NCBI RefSeq assembly: GCF_001194135.2
Contig: NC_068998.1
Span: 22,976,915-23,040,914, forward strand
DNA: 64,000 nucleotides
Direction: 5' to 3'
Source: Octopus bimaculoides
Lineage: Eukaryota
Both the position numbers and the translations under genes were made by a program. The notes under the pieces were generated by a model. It was not told the DNA's origin. It ran no database searches and worked only from the letters and a program-made list of their open reading frames with translations. Below are positions 38,990 through 52,237 of this stretch, one piece after another. Positions within the stretch are counted from its first letter, which is position 1. Each line of letters opens with the position of its first letter.

Positions 38990-39095
38990 ATGTAGGTTCT
39001 GAGCTAAAATTCTGCCCAGGTCAAAATTACTTTACAATCATTAACAGATAAAATAAATTACCGGTTGACAACTCGGATCGATGCTTCCTCATACA
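38990..39095 (+). mobile_element. diverged SINE family A fragment
   Basis: gttctgagctaaaattctgcccaggtcaa...gataaaataaattaccggttga...ggatcgatg. Confidence 0.5.
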
Positions 39096-39154
39096 ATAAG
39101 ACTTCGGGGAATTATTTAATACGTAATGCCTCTTGAATACAAGGAGTAAAATCA

Positions 39155-39300
39155 GGGTTTCAAATTTTGGCACAAGCACAGACCTATTACAGGACATTTT
39201 AAGCCCATTACAGCGACCCCACTGTTTAACTTGTACGTATATTATCGAGCCCGAAAGGATGAAAGAGACAGCTACCTTTGGCAGGATTTCAAATTTAAAT
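39155..39300 (-). mobile_element. diverged SINE family A fragment
   Basis: tttcaaattttggcacaag...cgaccccac...ttatcgagcccgaaaggatgaaag. Confidence 0.65.
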
Positions 39301-39699
39301 GTATAGACAGACATTCAGCCAGTTCGCTACACCATCTCACAATAACGTAATGTTAGAAGTTCAAATCCAACGTTCTAATCGTCTATTAGTAATTAGAATT
39401 AAACGCGATAAGCTGTAAACGCATAGACAATGTGAAACTTGCAATATTTACAGTTCACTATGGACACGATCCGTACCAATGTTTATGGATTTTCTTCAAT
39501 TTCTAAATCTTGATTTCGGATATACTACAATAATTTTTTGTGGTATTTCGTACAATTAAATATATCATTCCATTACAGCATGACTAGGATTAAATAACAC
39601 TTCTGATAATCTGGGAATATTGTGTGAGAATAAAAAGCTAAGCCAACCCTAAGGAGATTTATCTGTGATATCTTCTGAGTGAGGTTTTATATAGATATA

Positions 39700-39758
39700 T
39701 ATATATATATCGATAGATAGGTAGATAGATAGCTAGATAGATAGATATATATATATAT

Positions 39759-39821
<63 letters not shown>
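39700..39821. repeat. (GATA)n/(TA)n microsatellite
   Basis: Direct sequence. Confidence 0.93.
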
Positions 39822-42497
39822 TGAAGAGAGAAGGACAGATAGAAAGATATGCATACACATGCATACATATATGCAACCTAGCCACCTACATACCTATTCA
39901 TCGAATCACTGCAAAAATGCCTTAATTCTACATGCATTACCTAAATTAAATATAATTTTATTTCTCGAGAATTCATTTACGTATCAATCAATAGGAATGG
40001 ATTTTGTAAATTATATTAAATATTTTCCATTAGATATTTAGAAATATATTGTATCCAAACCCTGTAAAATGCATTGGTATAGAATTAAGCCGTACTGAAG
40101 AAATCCATTAACAATCGACAAAACATATATAAATACGGGCATAATTAACTGTATGGATGTCATCCATACAATCAATTATAGAGGTTTACATTTTGCTGTT
40201 TGAGCAATATCAAGTACATAGAAAGCGAGTATAATCCTTTCCACTATAGGCACAAGGCCTGAAATTAGAATTTGACGACAATCGAATGAAATATATTCAT
40301 CCATCATATCGGAATAGTAGAAAGTGTTCCAGTGAGTCAGCAAATTATTTCTTCTTTATTATAGTTTTAATTGAGTATAATTTTGATTCCGTTTTAAGTT
40401 ATATTGGATTGACTTTCACTCAGTGGAGGATATGATACCCCAGCATAGTGGTAGTCCTACACTTAAAATCATTAAAATAATACAAGAATTATTTCTTTAA
40501 CTCCGAAAGAAATCCTAAGTTATTGACATTCAAAGGCGTAGTGTGGAACAAAATTATTTGAACTGAAATATGTGTGCATTTTCTCATATTTTTCGTATTA
40601 TTTGTTTTTTATACAAGAATATTTACTATGATATATCTCCACTGATGACTTGATATAATGATAACGGTATTGGTTGTGGTTATGGCAGTTTTCAGGAGGT
40701 CGTGAGTATATTTGGGTCAGATGTATATTGGGAACAAGCAGAATATCGAGCATAAGGCTGAATAATTTTCAAATGCATATCGGGGCGTATACTGGATGCG
40801 GGATATATCGGTGATAGTGAATATTGATGCTTAAGTGAATATCAAAATGTGAAAATCTAATACTTGCGTCAGTCGATGTCGATTTGATATTACTCAGTTT
40901 TAAGTAAGAATGTATGTGATTTTCCTTTAATTGAAGGAAACTGTGTGAAACAATTTGTTGGTGATAATATTATTGTTAATATTGCTAATGATGCTGTACG
41001 TTTAGCAACTTACAATTTAGATCATAAAAGATTCGCATCACACTAAGGACAATACACACTGAAGACGCTTCACACTGAGGAGACTTCACTATAAGTGTGA
41101 TACTTTATGTTGATGATAATGCTGGTAATAGAGGGAAAATATTGTTGTTGTGTACGGTAATTAAGAAATTGAATGCGTATTTGACTCGATCATGCACGAA
41201 TTGGTGACAGTAATTGTGAAACGAATACTTTTATTTCTGTTATTAACATTGTTGATGTAGACCAATGTTAATCTTTGTTTAGAAGACATTATACACAAAT
41301 TATTTCTGCCATGAAACTGCAGCCCTTCGTTTCCGTATTTCGTATCGAGGGTAATATATTAAATAATTTGCCACTAATTTTCTACACATATAGATGTAAT
41401 TTGATTTTTATTTCTTATTTGCAGAATATGTATCAGTTACGTACAATCTACGTGTTTGTGTTTGGTTTTTGAGTATGATGAATGTAAGGGCATAATAATC
41501 AATTTGTAATGTGCTTGAGTACGAGTTTTAATTATGATAACGGTAGCGATTGATTAGGACTTTGTCATTGGTTTCGATCATTATTATTCTGTATTGTTAA
41601 TGATCCTTGTTGCTTCAGTCACAACAGTGATTATGATGGTGTCAGATGTCAAAGCATAAATCATATTAAGGAGAGTCAGAAGTTATAATCCTATTTTGAT
41701 ACGAATTGAAAAAAAAACAAAATTTAATCGTAGTTTTGTTTACGTACAGAAAGAAAATATGGACATTTCTATTCCCAGTGTGCTTTCCAATTTTTTTCTA
41801 AATGTTGACACTCCTGTAAATATGTGTGTTTGACCAGAGGTTAGTTAAAATTATTTTTCAATGAATACCAAATAAATAAACATTCTTACTTTTATTATTT
41901 CTCAGTTGAACATGATAAACGAGCTTTATAGTAAAGAATAACACAAAGTATAATAGGAATTTTTGTAAAACCTATGCCCTGAGTTAAAGTCTTCTTGCAT
42001 TCAACAATAACTTACATTTTGGTAATTTAGTCAAATAATTCAATCCAACTAAGAGTTCTATAGCAGAAATGAACTACGGAGGGCTGCGATCTGCAATGTG
42101 CGATCGGGTTATGAAGCAACAGAATGCTACTACACGTTAATTGTAAGAATGTGGCGCCGATATCGTATCATTTTGAATGAATTAAATGTTTTGTAAATAT
42201 TTAAATTTTACACGTAAACGAACTCTTTAGTTCCTGCTTTTTGCAGTTTGTTGTATTTTTGATTATTGAAGTAAAGTGTTTGAGCAGTGTCAGATACGAT
42301 GCCAGTATTAATTCAGCAATGCAAATAAGATTTACCTCTATCTTTGTCCCGCATCTCTCTCTCCCTCTCTCTCTCTTTCTTACTCTTTCAAGACGATGGT
42401 CTAAAAATAATATTTGTTGCCTTATTCGAGTTCTAACCAAAATAAGCTCATGATTAAAGGCCATCAACTACCATCGGGCCGACATTTCATTATTGTC

Positions 42498-42858
42498 TTA
42501 TTACCTACGCCTTGGCGAAGGCGGAGGTATTGTTTGCAGCTGTGTTTGTTTGTTTGTCCGAAGACAAGACATCTCAAAAACCACTGGATGTGTTCGAACG
42601 AAACTATCAGGCCTCGTGACTGGCACGAACTGATTAGATTTGGGGATCAATCCGGTGTCGAACAAGGATGCTGGATCATTTTTCATATTTCCTTTACTTA
42701 AATTTTCAGAGCAATCACGTTCATTTTTAGCATTCTCGTTTATGAGAGCAGTCAAGTATTTTTCAGATATTTTCATTTTAAAAAGCAACTCTGGCTAATC
42801 GTTGAAAGGATGTTGGTGTTGCTTTGGCAGAGGTTTGCGCTCTCTGAGTACTCTTGTT
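42498..42858 (+). mobile_element. Helentron-associated non-autonomous element (HINE/DINE-1-like)
   Basis: 5' ttatt-acctacgcc-ttggcgaa-ggcggaggt hairpin (42503-42528), (TTTG)n tract, 3' subterminal ctttggcagaggt followed by the short hairpin gcgctctctgagtactc and a TT end. This is the structural layout of HINE/DINE-1 elements. Confidence 0.7.
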
Positions 42859-43249
42859 ATAATTAGAATTATTCTAAATATATTGATCTGCAAGGTTATT
42901 GATATGGATATGAAGTGGAGAAAGAACATCTTTTCTATAGAGAGTAAACAGTAAAATCAGCATAGATATTGATGTTGCTAGAAATAACAGCCAAATAACG
43001 TAGCATTCGCTTCCACATTAGGCATTGGACGATACGGACTTTAGCATAGGTGTGAGAAAGCAGGCTGATTTGAAGACTAAATAAAGAACGGTAAATTAAA
43101 TTTAATAAGGAATTTGCATATTTGCATTTCTTAGTCGTTAATCATTCATAATCTCTTAGTGAATATTGAAGATACGATAGCCTAAATGGTGTGAAATTAA
43201 TTATCCATCATATTTGTGTTCAGTTTCTGCGAGCTAGTAGAGTTCATGT

Positions 43250-43930
43250 TAGACTATGGTCTGGGGTGGGGACCATGGGCTCCGAAAGAAATCAGTTGAT
43301 CAACTTGCTCAGAACTTTCCGGCCGGAGTATATGAATAATGAGCAGAAAACCCTGGCTTGGTTTTGTTACCTACCTGCCTTACCTGTTCGAGAGAGGATG
43401 TCAAGGCACGGCTGTGCCATCTCACCTACATGCACGAGGTGCGGGCAAGACAGTGAAGCTGTCTGCACGTCTTCGTGCAGAAATAAGGGATTTGATAGAC
43501 TATGTCGAGCAGATGTTAACGAGAGGAAGAGTAGTGATATCGGATGAATCTATCAAGATTGTACTGCCTCCTCTCTTTAACAATGAGAGGCAGGTGTGTT
43601 TTTTCTGTGTAGTAGCCATACTGAAACAGACAATGTGAAAGAAAGACTTGTAAAAGATGGATTGAGACATGTAATTTCATCTCCAGACGAGGGTTGGTGA
43701 GTTATTTTTAACTACCACCTTAAGAGTAAAATCCGTCTGGAGAGAAGATACCTGTCGCAAGTGTATTTACAAAAAGTTGGACGCCTGTAGTGAGAATTTT
43801 CTATGAGAGAATGAAGCCAGTTTACAGGAAATTATAAACGTATTACCTGCGTCATTTTATTCGAATTCATTTCCTTTCATTCGATATTTCCGATTTATAT
43901 TCGATTTTAATCTTATGTTAACCCTCACCC
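43250..43930 (+). mobile_element. L1/Tx1-clade LINE ORF2 3' end (zf-RVT region) plus 3' tail
   Basis: NNEQKTLAWFCYLPALPVRERMSRHGCAISPTCTRCGQDSE and FNYHLKSKIRLERRYLS match the Tx1-type C-terminal zinc finger and terminus. A T-rich tail follows. Confidence 0.75.
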
Positions 43931-46900
43931 TCATGTTAACGCGAATACGCTACTCATCTATATTTGTCTGTCCTGTATTGTCCCCTGTATGTTGGACTCT
44001 GGTGGGCAAATAAAGAACATCGAATGTGAGAGCGTTAGTTTCGTTATTGATTCTGAATTGGAGTATCGGATTGTTATTGAGGGAATGGTTAAAATAAAAC
44101 AACGAATGCGTGTTACGTTGCTTATAGTTCTACGGTTATATTTGGTACTGTGATATAGTTTTAGACACACATACACACACATCGTATATCGTCACTGACG
44201 ATATAGCAAACTGTATATGCGTTCAAGATTTATAGTACTGAAAATGTTTAGAGGTTAGCAATTTTAGTGTTTATATACCTACGTTTCATACATGTGTATA
44301 ACGATATGGTAAACGAAATATAGCTTGAAACATTCATTTTGATTGCATTTTTAAAGCATGATTATATAAAATGTATTGAAAGGCAATATGGATACCAGTA
44401 AAGCAACCGGAAACATATACTCCATTTGTACAGCAATTCATCTGATTATAATTATGAAGTAATACATTCGATGACTTATTTTAATTATGATATAATATTG
44501 GAAGTCTCGGTCGAGGCAATTATATTAAGTAAATTTAATGTATATTGTACAAAGTCCTTTCGATAACCACGTATAAGAACGACAACAGTTCAACGCGGGA
44601 AACTGGAACATTATGTCATATACTCATAGAATGGCCTGAGCCGATTTATCTGGACCGGTTGTATCTTCTCCTCTAGACAACGGAACATTTTGAACAAAAT
44701 ACAATGTGTGGGTTCAGAGAAAAATATTTCCGGCTTTATTATAATTGAAAACAGAAATTGCACATGTTTCAAATGTCATAAGATTTCAGGGATCACTAAA
44801 TTGGTTAATCAAAAATCGTATTCACTTTCTATTTATTTTATGTTCATCCACTCAAATTTATTTTCACTTTAGTAACAAAGTTGAGAATAGTCAGATCTTA
44901 TGAAATGTAACACTTTTTCCGATTTTCAATTTCATTAGATTTAATTACTATGTTTATAATAAAAAAAACAAAACAAATTAGATTATATTAAAATAAAAAG
45001 CATATGCAATCAATATCATCATTGCAATTTTGCTGATTGTATTTCATGGTCATAAGATAAACACAAATGGCATAAGCAAAGCATACACCAGAAAGAAAGT
45101 TATGAAAGTTTAGAGAGCGTGAAATCTAAAGGGTAGAGATGGAGTACTTAACTACGTTGCATAATGATAGTAGCATGACTATTGACATCAATAGTTTTGC
45201 AAAATATTATTTTGGTTGGAACAAACTTACCTTAGTGTTTTAGACTACTAGCCAAAGATGAATAAACTTGAAAATGCACTCTAATTTGTAAATTTATCAT
45301 CGGAAATATACGAATATATATTTAATATTTTGCTAGTATGACTTTTATAAGAACAGAAAAAAAGTGTTAAATATGTATTTAAAAAACAGCAAAATTTTAA
45401 TTAAACTAAAGTGTATAAACGTTGTTTAAGGCATGATTGCATAACTCATCATTTTGCTTCTACCCTTATTACACAAATAGTCAGTGCTTACGCAGGTAAT
45501 TCAACCTGAGCGACTGGATTTATTGTTGCCATGCATCTGTCGGATGACAAAGGAATTTATTTTTGTACGGCTGCTTTGTTTAACTGAAATGTGAAAGATA
45601 CCAAAATCCCAATGAAACCGAGAGAAAATTAACTCTGCTACTTCATAACACGTTATATTAAAATCTCAGTGCATTATACTCTCCTTGTCTAAAATATTTC
45701 TACATCTATACAGATTATTCCAATGGGTAACGAGACCCATGTTTCAATTTCTCTAAAAAAGAAAACGAAATTAGATAGTTTATTCCTTATTACTCAATAT
45801 CCTATAACGAATAAAATAATAAAGACTAATTTAGTCACTTATAAATACTTTGCATCGCCCCAGACGGCGGGTAATATTATGATGGCAGGGTATCTTCATA
45901 AATATAAACATAATTTATACTAGTTTATATCCAACACATAATTCTTACAAAATATCTGGTTTCCATATTATTATCTTAATGAAGCTGATGACGGAATTGT
46001 TAACAATTAGGTAAAATATTTGTATTCAATTGTCGTAATTTATATTGAGTCCTTGATTTATCTTTTGTAACGGCGGTACTTGCTAACATAAACTAAAATC
46101 ATAGGGTTCACTTATCAACAATTATTTACTCTTCATATAAGTCGCATGAACAGTTACATACAAAAAAGTGTTCGAGGATGTCTAGTTGTAGGGACACGCG
46201 TAAATAATGAAGGTCAAGGAAGCTGTGATTCGAAAGAACAGGAATAGTAGTAATGTTACAAATGTAAAAGAATCACAGAAAAAAGACCAAAACCATTACC
46301 ATCTGGCCTGCTCCAAAATCGTGATCATTATCAATGAAAAGGAAAAGCATTACCAGTCCAAAACATCAGTATGAACCAATAGAAACCAGAATGCACGAAT
46401 AATCGTAATGAAGAATAGAGGAATCAAACAAACAATAACAATATGAATATTAGCACAAAAATTACATCCTGGAATATATCATTCAATAAAGTGACAGACC
46501 TAAGTTGAATCAAAGGTGACATAAAAAAAATAACAAACCATTTAAACAGAACAACTAGTGAACGACTGGTTAGCTGAACAGTATTTTGTGCTTCCGTGTC
46601 TTTACTAAGAATGCAGACAGTCAATTATTATGCCTAGGATTTTCCTGGAATTCAGGTAATTTACTGAAAATACTCCAATTAATCACTACACAAACATGTC
46701 ACATGCATCAGTCTGGCCAGGAATTCCCGGATTAAAATACACTGGGGTTGTCTGCAGGGATTTCACAGTTCACTGCAATTCTTCCGTTCCAAAATATACA
46801 CATTTCTTATGCATTTTTGTTGAAAACTATCTTGAAATAAGGACGATTTGTTTTGATATAGATATACACAATGGTAATAATAGAGTGGAGCAGTAGTGAA

Positions 46901-47271
46901 TGTGATATATACATCTCCAATATTAAATAATAAATGACCACTAATTTTTCTGTAGACGTTAGATTTTCTGCCGTTTCGTGATGGGCCTACAATACATTAT
47001 TTTTGATAACAAATTAATATAATTACAATCATATTGTTTAGGGCTATTGGAAATAATGGTACGCAATGAGTTAATAATTATTTACTGATTTTCAGGAATC
47101 TTAGACAATTAAGAACGGGGAATATTCTAGGGATGACTTCCTCGGATGTTCTGTCTTAATATTCATAATTCTCTTGCAGTCATTTTAACAGAGTGATTAG
47201 TATAGTACAGTAATATATTTCTGGGATATATTGAGAAAGAAATATTAAATAAATTAAATGAAATACTGCAG

Positions 47272-47375
47272 AATACTGCCCAATTCATACTGTAAAATCT
47301 GGACAATTACTAAGAAAGGATATTATCATCACATGGATTTATGACGAAACTGAATTTCGTAGCATTTTTACAAAG
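47272..47375 (+). CDS. weak candidate 104-nt exon (YCPIHTVKSGQLLRKDIIITWIYDETEFRSIFTK)
   Basis: Open frame between CAG and AAG|GTAGTG, ends in phase 0, compatible with the 63330 exon. The polypyrimidine tract is poor. Confidence 0.25.
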
Positions 47376-48122
47376 GTAGTGGAGACATTCACATTAAGCG
47401 TATCTAAGCCGACTTGAACACTACAGTCAAAGTAGATTAGTGAGGCACTGTCGGACAGCATATCACTCATGATATTATTATTCGGAGGAGATTAGACAAA
47501 GTGCTAAAGAGATAAGCTGAGGAACATGTCAATAGTATTTCGTTCTCCAGTTCTTTCTAACCATGACACTTCAAAATATGCAGGTGAAAGAATCAACAAA
47601 TTGTTACGAATATGACTTGCAAATTATAAACGTCTTCTAATATAATCATGTATAGATAGTTCTCATTAGTATCAATACAAATCTAGTAAGGCTACGGAGA
47701 CCTTTCAACTAGGGCATAGAAGCTTATACTATGTCAAAAGTTTTGCAACAATAAAAAAAGTGGCAAATTAAGTTAAATGAAAATGTATTTCACCTCGGAG
47801 TAAATTTAACGAGAAGCAGGTGCTCAGAAATTATTTGGTGTGACAGCAATTAACAGAACACAACAGACAAATATGAAGGTGAATACTAAAATGTGTATAA
47901 CATAAGTACTCCCAATAATTTTAACACGTCCACGCATGTTCGAATTATGCGGGTATAGATAAACGTATCACCTCTATTGTAAAGAACAACTTTAACATTT
48001 TTAAAAGGAGCAAAAGTAATCAAAACTGAAATACTAGTCGTAACTACTTAGCATATAAGAAAGCACTCTATATGAATAGGAAACGAATAGAAGCTAGATT
48101 TAAAGAAAAAAACAACAGCCAC

Positions 48123-48166
<44 letters not shown>

Positions 48167-48170
48167 CAGT

Positions 48171-48440
48171 AGTGGTAAGCGAGTCGTAGAAGGTAAAAAT
48201 GTCCCCATTCTGTGAGATTTTCCAATCAACACCGACATAACAATCCAGGCTAATGGACCAGATATAGTCATTAAAGACTGGGATGGAAATACATGTAGAC
48301 TACCAATTCCCCTCCCCAAACTTTCGGTCATACTGCAACATCTCTTATACTTCACTCACCTTAGGACGCTGGTGTGACCGGCAATCGAGTGTAACAAATA
48401 TGCAGATTAAATGTTAATAATAATAATAATAATAATAATT
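48171..48440 (+). mobile_element. 5'-truncated R4/Dong 3' end (restriction-like endonuclease relic) with (TAA)n tail
   Basis: VVEGKNVPIL*DFPINTDITIQANGPDIVIKD matches ILWDFxIQTDxxIxANRPDIV. Preceded by (TAG)n and followed by (TAA)n. Confidence 0.8.
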
Positions 48441-49189
48441 AAATGACGTGAATATCAGTATATATGTGTGTGCGTATGTCTNNNNNNNNNNNNNNNNNNN
48501 NNNNNNNNNNNNNNNNNNNNNNNNNNNNNNNNNNNNNNNNNNNNNNNNNNNNNNNNNNNNNNNNNNNNNNNNNNNNNNNNNNNNNNNNNNNNNNNNNNNN
48601 NNNNNNNNNNNNNNNNNNNNNNNNNNNNNNNNNNNNNNNNNNNNNNNNNNNNNNNNNNNNNNNNNNNNNNNNNNNNNNNNNTCTACCAGTAATTACAAAT
48701 ATGAACAGGTTGATTGTTTCTTTTCAAGGAACACTCTCAGTAGCCACTGGTAGAAGTAAACACATTTGACCTCTGCTGACCCAAAAGGGTGTGAAGCTTC
48801 CTTTGTCTCTATAGCTGACCTCCCCACCAACTGCCGAATCTATTTATAGACCTGTAGCGTATGATCTATTCACCAAATTGGTACCCAACTGTTTCCCCAA
48901 ACAATGGTAGTGGTGGTTATGGTGATAATGTTAAATATAGCAATTATAATAAAATGCTGCAGCTGCTAATACTAAATACTCCTCACACTACAAAAATAAT
49001 GCAAGTACTACTATTATGATGGCACAGGAATCTGAGGCCCAACTACCACCCTTACGACAACCCCACCCCCGCTACTGTTGCTGTTGCTGCAACCAATGCT
49101 ACTACGACTCATAATACAATATCAGTAATATATGTGATGATAATATTAACAATAATAATCATAATGAAAGGAAAAGTGTAGAGCCTCTT

Positions 49190-50125
49190 TCTCCTCATGG
49201 GCTGATTAATGAAACATCTAGTGATGGTGTCACAATAAAAACAGTGGTAATTGAACAACCTGATAATCGCTACCTCATATGAGTGACAATGCATAAACAA
49301 AATATTGTGAATGACGGTGGTAATGAAACTGAAGCCATTGATGGTAACAGTGTTGCGCCCGGTAGGCTCAGAGATTCTGGTCCAGCTTCAGCCTGTCGAT
49401 ATCCAGAAAGGGACCACCACACAAGGCGCTGATGGGACAAGCAAATTAATGCAGTGGTCATAGAGTGTTACTGCCTGAGCAGACCGGTAGATGAAAATGG
49501 TGTTCAAATTAGGGGTTACAGACAACGTATGTATGATCATTGGAGACAAAAGGGATTGTTTCAACTCACTGTGATCAAGCAAGAGCAATAAGAAAAAAAA
49601 TATTGGTTCACAGAAGTAGAGATGCAAGCTATCACAAGTCGGGTCATGGAAAATAGCAGCAGAGATAACAATGAAAATACTGTTCTTACTAATAAGAGTA
49701 ATCTCATAGCACAGGAAAGGAGCACTAGTAGTTTACTTGATGAGCGACATATAGATGATCTAAAAGAAGACCAAAAACTAATGGCAGCATGACACGTGAA
49801 CAAAAGGCAATCTACGACAGAATAAAGTTAAAAATATAGGAGAACGATAGTGGCATTATTTACAACCTTAAAAATGTTGATCGATGGACATAGAACCGAG
49901 AAACGGAAAATTTCAATTAAATTCTGAAATACAACAGAAGAAACAGCATCACAGAAACAAATAAGTTGATCAACGCAGCAAGTATAGTTGTAGCAGAAAA
50001 TGTGGGTGTTGATGTCAAGGAAAAAAAAAAAACAATGAGAGATACAAAAGAAAAGATCCATTTGTAAAAGAAGAATCCAGGCAGGGTTAGACACGCTCTC
50101 GACGGAAGTCTCTCTGTTGGACCGA
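49190..50125 (+). mobile_element. R4/Dong ORF N-terminal region relic
   Basis: RR*WDKQINAVVIECYCLS...RGYRQRMYDHWRQKGLF...CDQARAIRK and ITETNKLINAASIVVAE...KDPFCKRRI match the R4/Dong N-terminal blocks (RGYRKRM, DQARAI, ITETNxLIYAA, EPxWKRRI). Confidence 0.8.
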
Positions 50126-50129
50126 AAAC

Positions 50130-51990
50130 AGAAAGCGTAGTGTTGCAGATGGTTTGCTGTTTTCTAAATATCCTCTAATCTCTTCATCTAACATATTGAA
50201 CCGAGCTTCACTTTGTAGTTCTTTTCGTTTCAGCGGGATCGTTTCTGGTGCTTTTACTAAACTGTTTTCCCTCTAGAAGTATTTTCACTGCATGAGAAAT
50301 CTATCGCAGTGGGGAGAGGTATATCTGCAAAGTTCTACTTTTCTAGGGTGGTGGTCTGGTCAACTAGTGTGCGGGAGGCTTTGTCTCTGTTGCGATGGTG
50401 CAGGTTATATGTTTGTCTCTTTCTTTTTTTGGTGGGGGTGCACTGGTGCTTGCTACAGATGTTTTCAATATTTTCTATTGCTCCTTCTGTTGATGTTGCT
50501 GTTCTTTTGGATGTTGCTGCTCTTAGTAATGATACCGTTGGTGTTGTTGTTTGTGGTGCTGCTGCTGTTACTTTTGGTGCTGATATTGTTGTTGTGTTAG
50601 AGTTGACTGCAGCAGCAGCAGAGATTTTCCTTTTCTTTCTATGGACAGGAAGTCTTTAATCGGTTTGTTTCGATACAAATTTGGCACACCGGTTTCCTGC
50701 CTACGACTACTGTATAATGCTGTATAACATTACTGTGATCGATCAGGACAGGCATAACTTCGATACTTCCTACCTAATTGCTATGTATCAAAAAATCTCT
50801 TTGCCTAGCCAATTTTGATTTCTCATTTTGTGCAAATGGAGAATTGTTTTATTCTCCATACCGTGTAATACGTTTGTCATCGTTCACTTCTGATTGTACC
50901 ACTGCTACATTTAATTTCACCATATATGATTGAAATATGTCGGAATTAGTCACAATCCCTAACTGTTGATGTTTGCTGTCACAATTTTCTTTACTATTTC
51001 TTAAGTTTGGAATCTCATTTCATCTATGTTCAAGCTTCTCCCACGGCGACATAAGTTGACTCAGGGGTTTTTCCAACTTCGCTCGATCCGGATTCCTGGT
51101 TTTTAATGAAATCTACAAGTACAAAATAGTTTCTTTTTCTAGTATCACGCTGTCGTTCCTGTGACGTGTTCAGATATATCGTTCTGCTCTTTCTTTCTTC
51201 TTAAGTGCGCTTTTTGTTCGGTACGTCACCTTTTTCCAGTCGATAAAATGCTTGTGTAAAATCCGTTTTGAATGTGCTAAGAATTAAGAAAGGGTACTGT
51301 TTTGATTTTATAAATGTTTGCTTGGTGGCAGCCGTGGTAGTGATATTGGTTGGGAATTTTCTTTTGCTCCTGGAGAGGTGGAGGTTGCAGTGTTTTGCTG
51401 GTGTTGTTATTACTTTCTTTTATCATTGTTCTCTTTTGTTGTTCCCTTGGTTGTGAAGGCTGCCTTAAAAACATTAATAGCGGAAAATTAGCTTCATACA
51501 TTTGACATGCTGTGTGTGTGTTTTTGTTGTAGTTGTTGTTCTTGCGGTGGGTGTTGTTGCTGTACGTTACCGTTCCTTGTTTTTACAACCTCATTACTCC
51601 GACCTTTGGACTGCTGGCCCTTCTCTTCAGCACACGAACAATATTCATAGGGTATCTTAATTTTTTAAACAAACGTTGAGGGTTGTGTTTGCTAAACAAA
51701 CCGCGCAAATTTTCCTAAGGTGTAGAGATGGAGAAAACTAATCAGTTCCCGAAGGTTTTGGTTTCGTTAGCCATAAAACGATAACAAATGTTCAACTGGG
51801 TGCTGCAGAATCACCGCAGCCTTCTTGCTGAAACTGGTTAAATAATATACGTTTCTGTGACAATAAAAATAATAACAAACTTACAAGAGCCATGACTGCA
51901 GTTCCGTCAAGAGAATGATCTGCAGAAAGAAGTGTCTCACAAACGGAGCCCACACACGCTCACCGTCCAGAAATCACTGCACGTGACGAA
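50130..51990 (-). mobile_element. L1/Tx1-like LINE 5' part: putative 5' UTR plus decayed ORF1 (gag-like)
   Basis: The minus strand at 50643-50718 reads HYTVVVGRKPVCQICIETNRLKTSCP (CX2CX4[H>R]X4C zinc knuckle), followed by a Thr/Ala/Pro linker. The 5' extent beyond about 51300 is inferred only. Confidence 0.6.
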
Positions 51991-52000
51991 ACCTAAGAAC

Positions 52001-52237
52001 CTTTCTTATTTCTTTATTGCCCACAAGGGGCTAAACATAGAGGGGACAAACAAGGATAAAGAAAGGCATTAAGTGGATTACATCGACCCCAGTACGTAAC
52101 TGGTACTTAATTTATCGACCCCGAAAGTATGAAAGGTAAAGTCTACCTCGGTGGAATTTGAGCTCAGAACGTAATGGCAGACGAAATACCGCTAAGCATT
52201 TCGTCGGTGTGCTAACCTTTCTGCCAGCTCACCGCCT
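52001..52237 (-). mobile_element. best-preserved full-length tRNA-derived SINE (family A) with probable TSD
   Basis: Minus-strand head ggcggtgagctggcagaaagg (A box) and ctgagctcaaattcc (B box), with an A-rich tail. The direct repeat cctaagaac lies at 51992-52000 and 52235-52243. Confidence 0.85.

Noticed and set aside
44185-44220. CTGACGA followed by a stem, as a possible hammerhead
   Set aside because: No GAAA/UH follows. CTGACGA is simply part of the palindrome tatatcgtca-c-tgacgatata.
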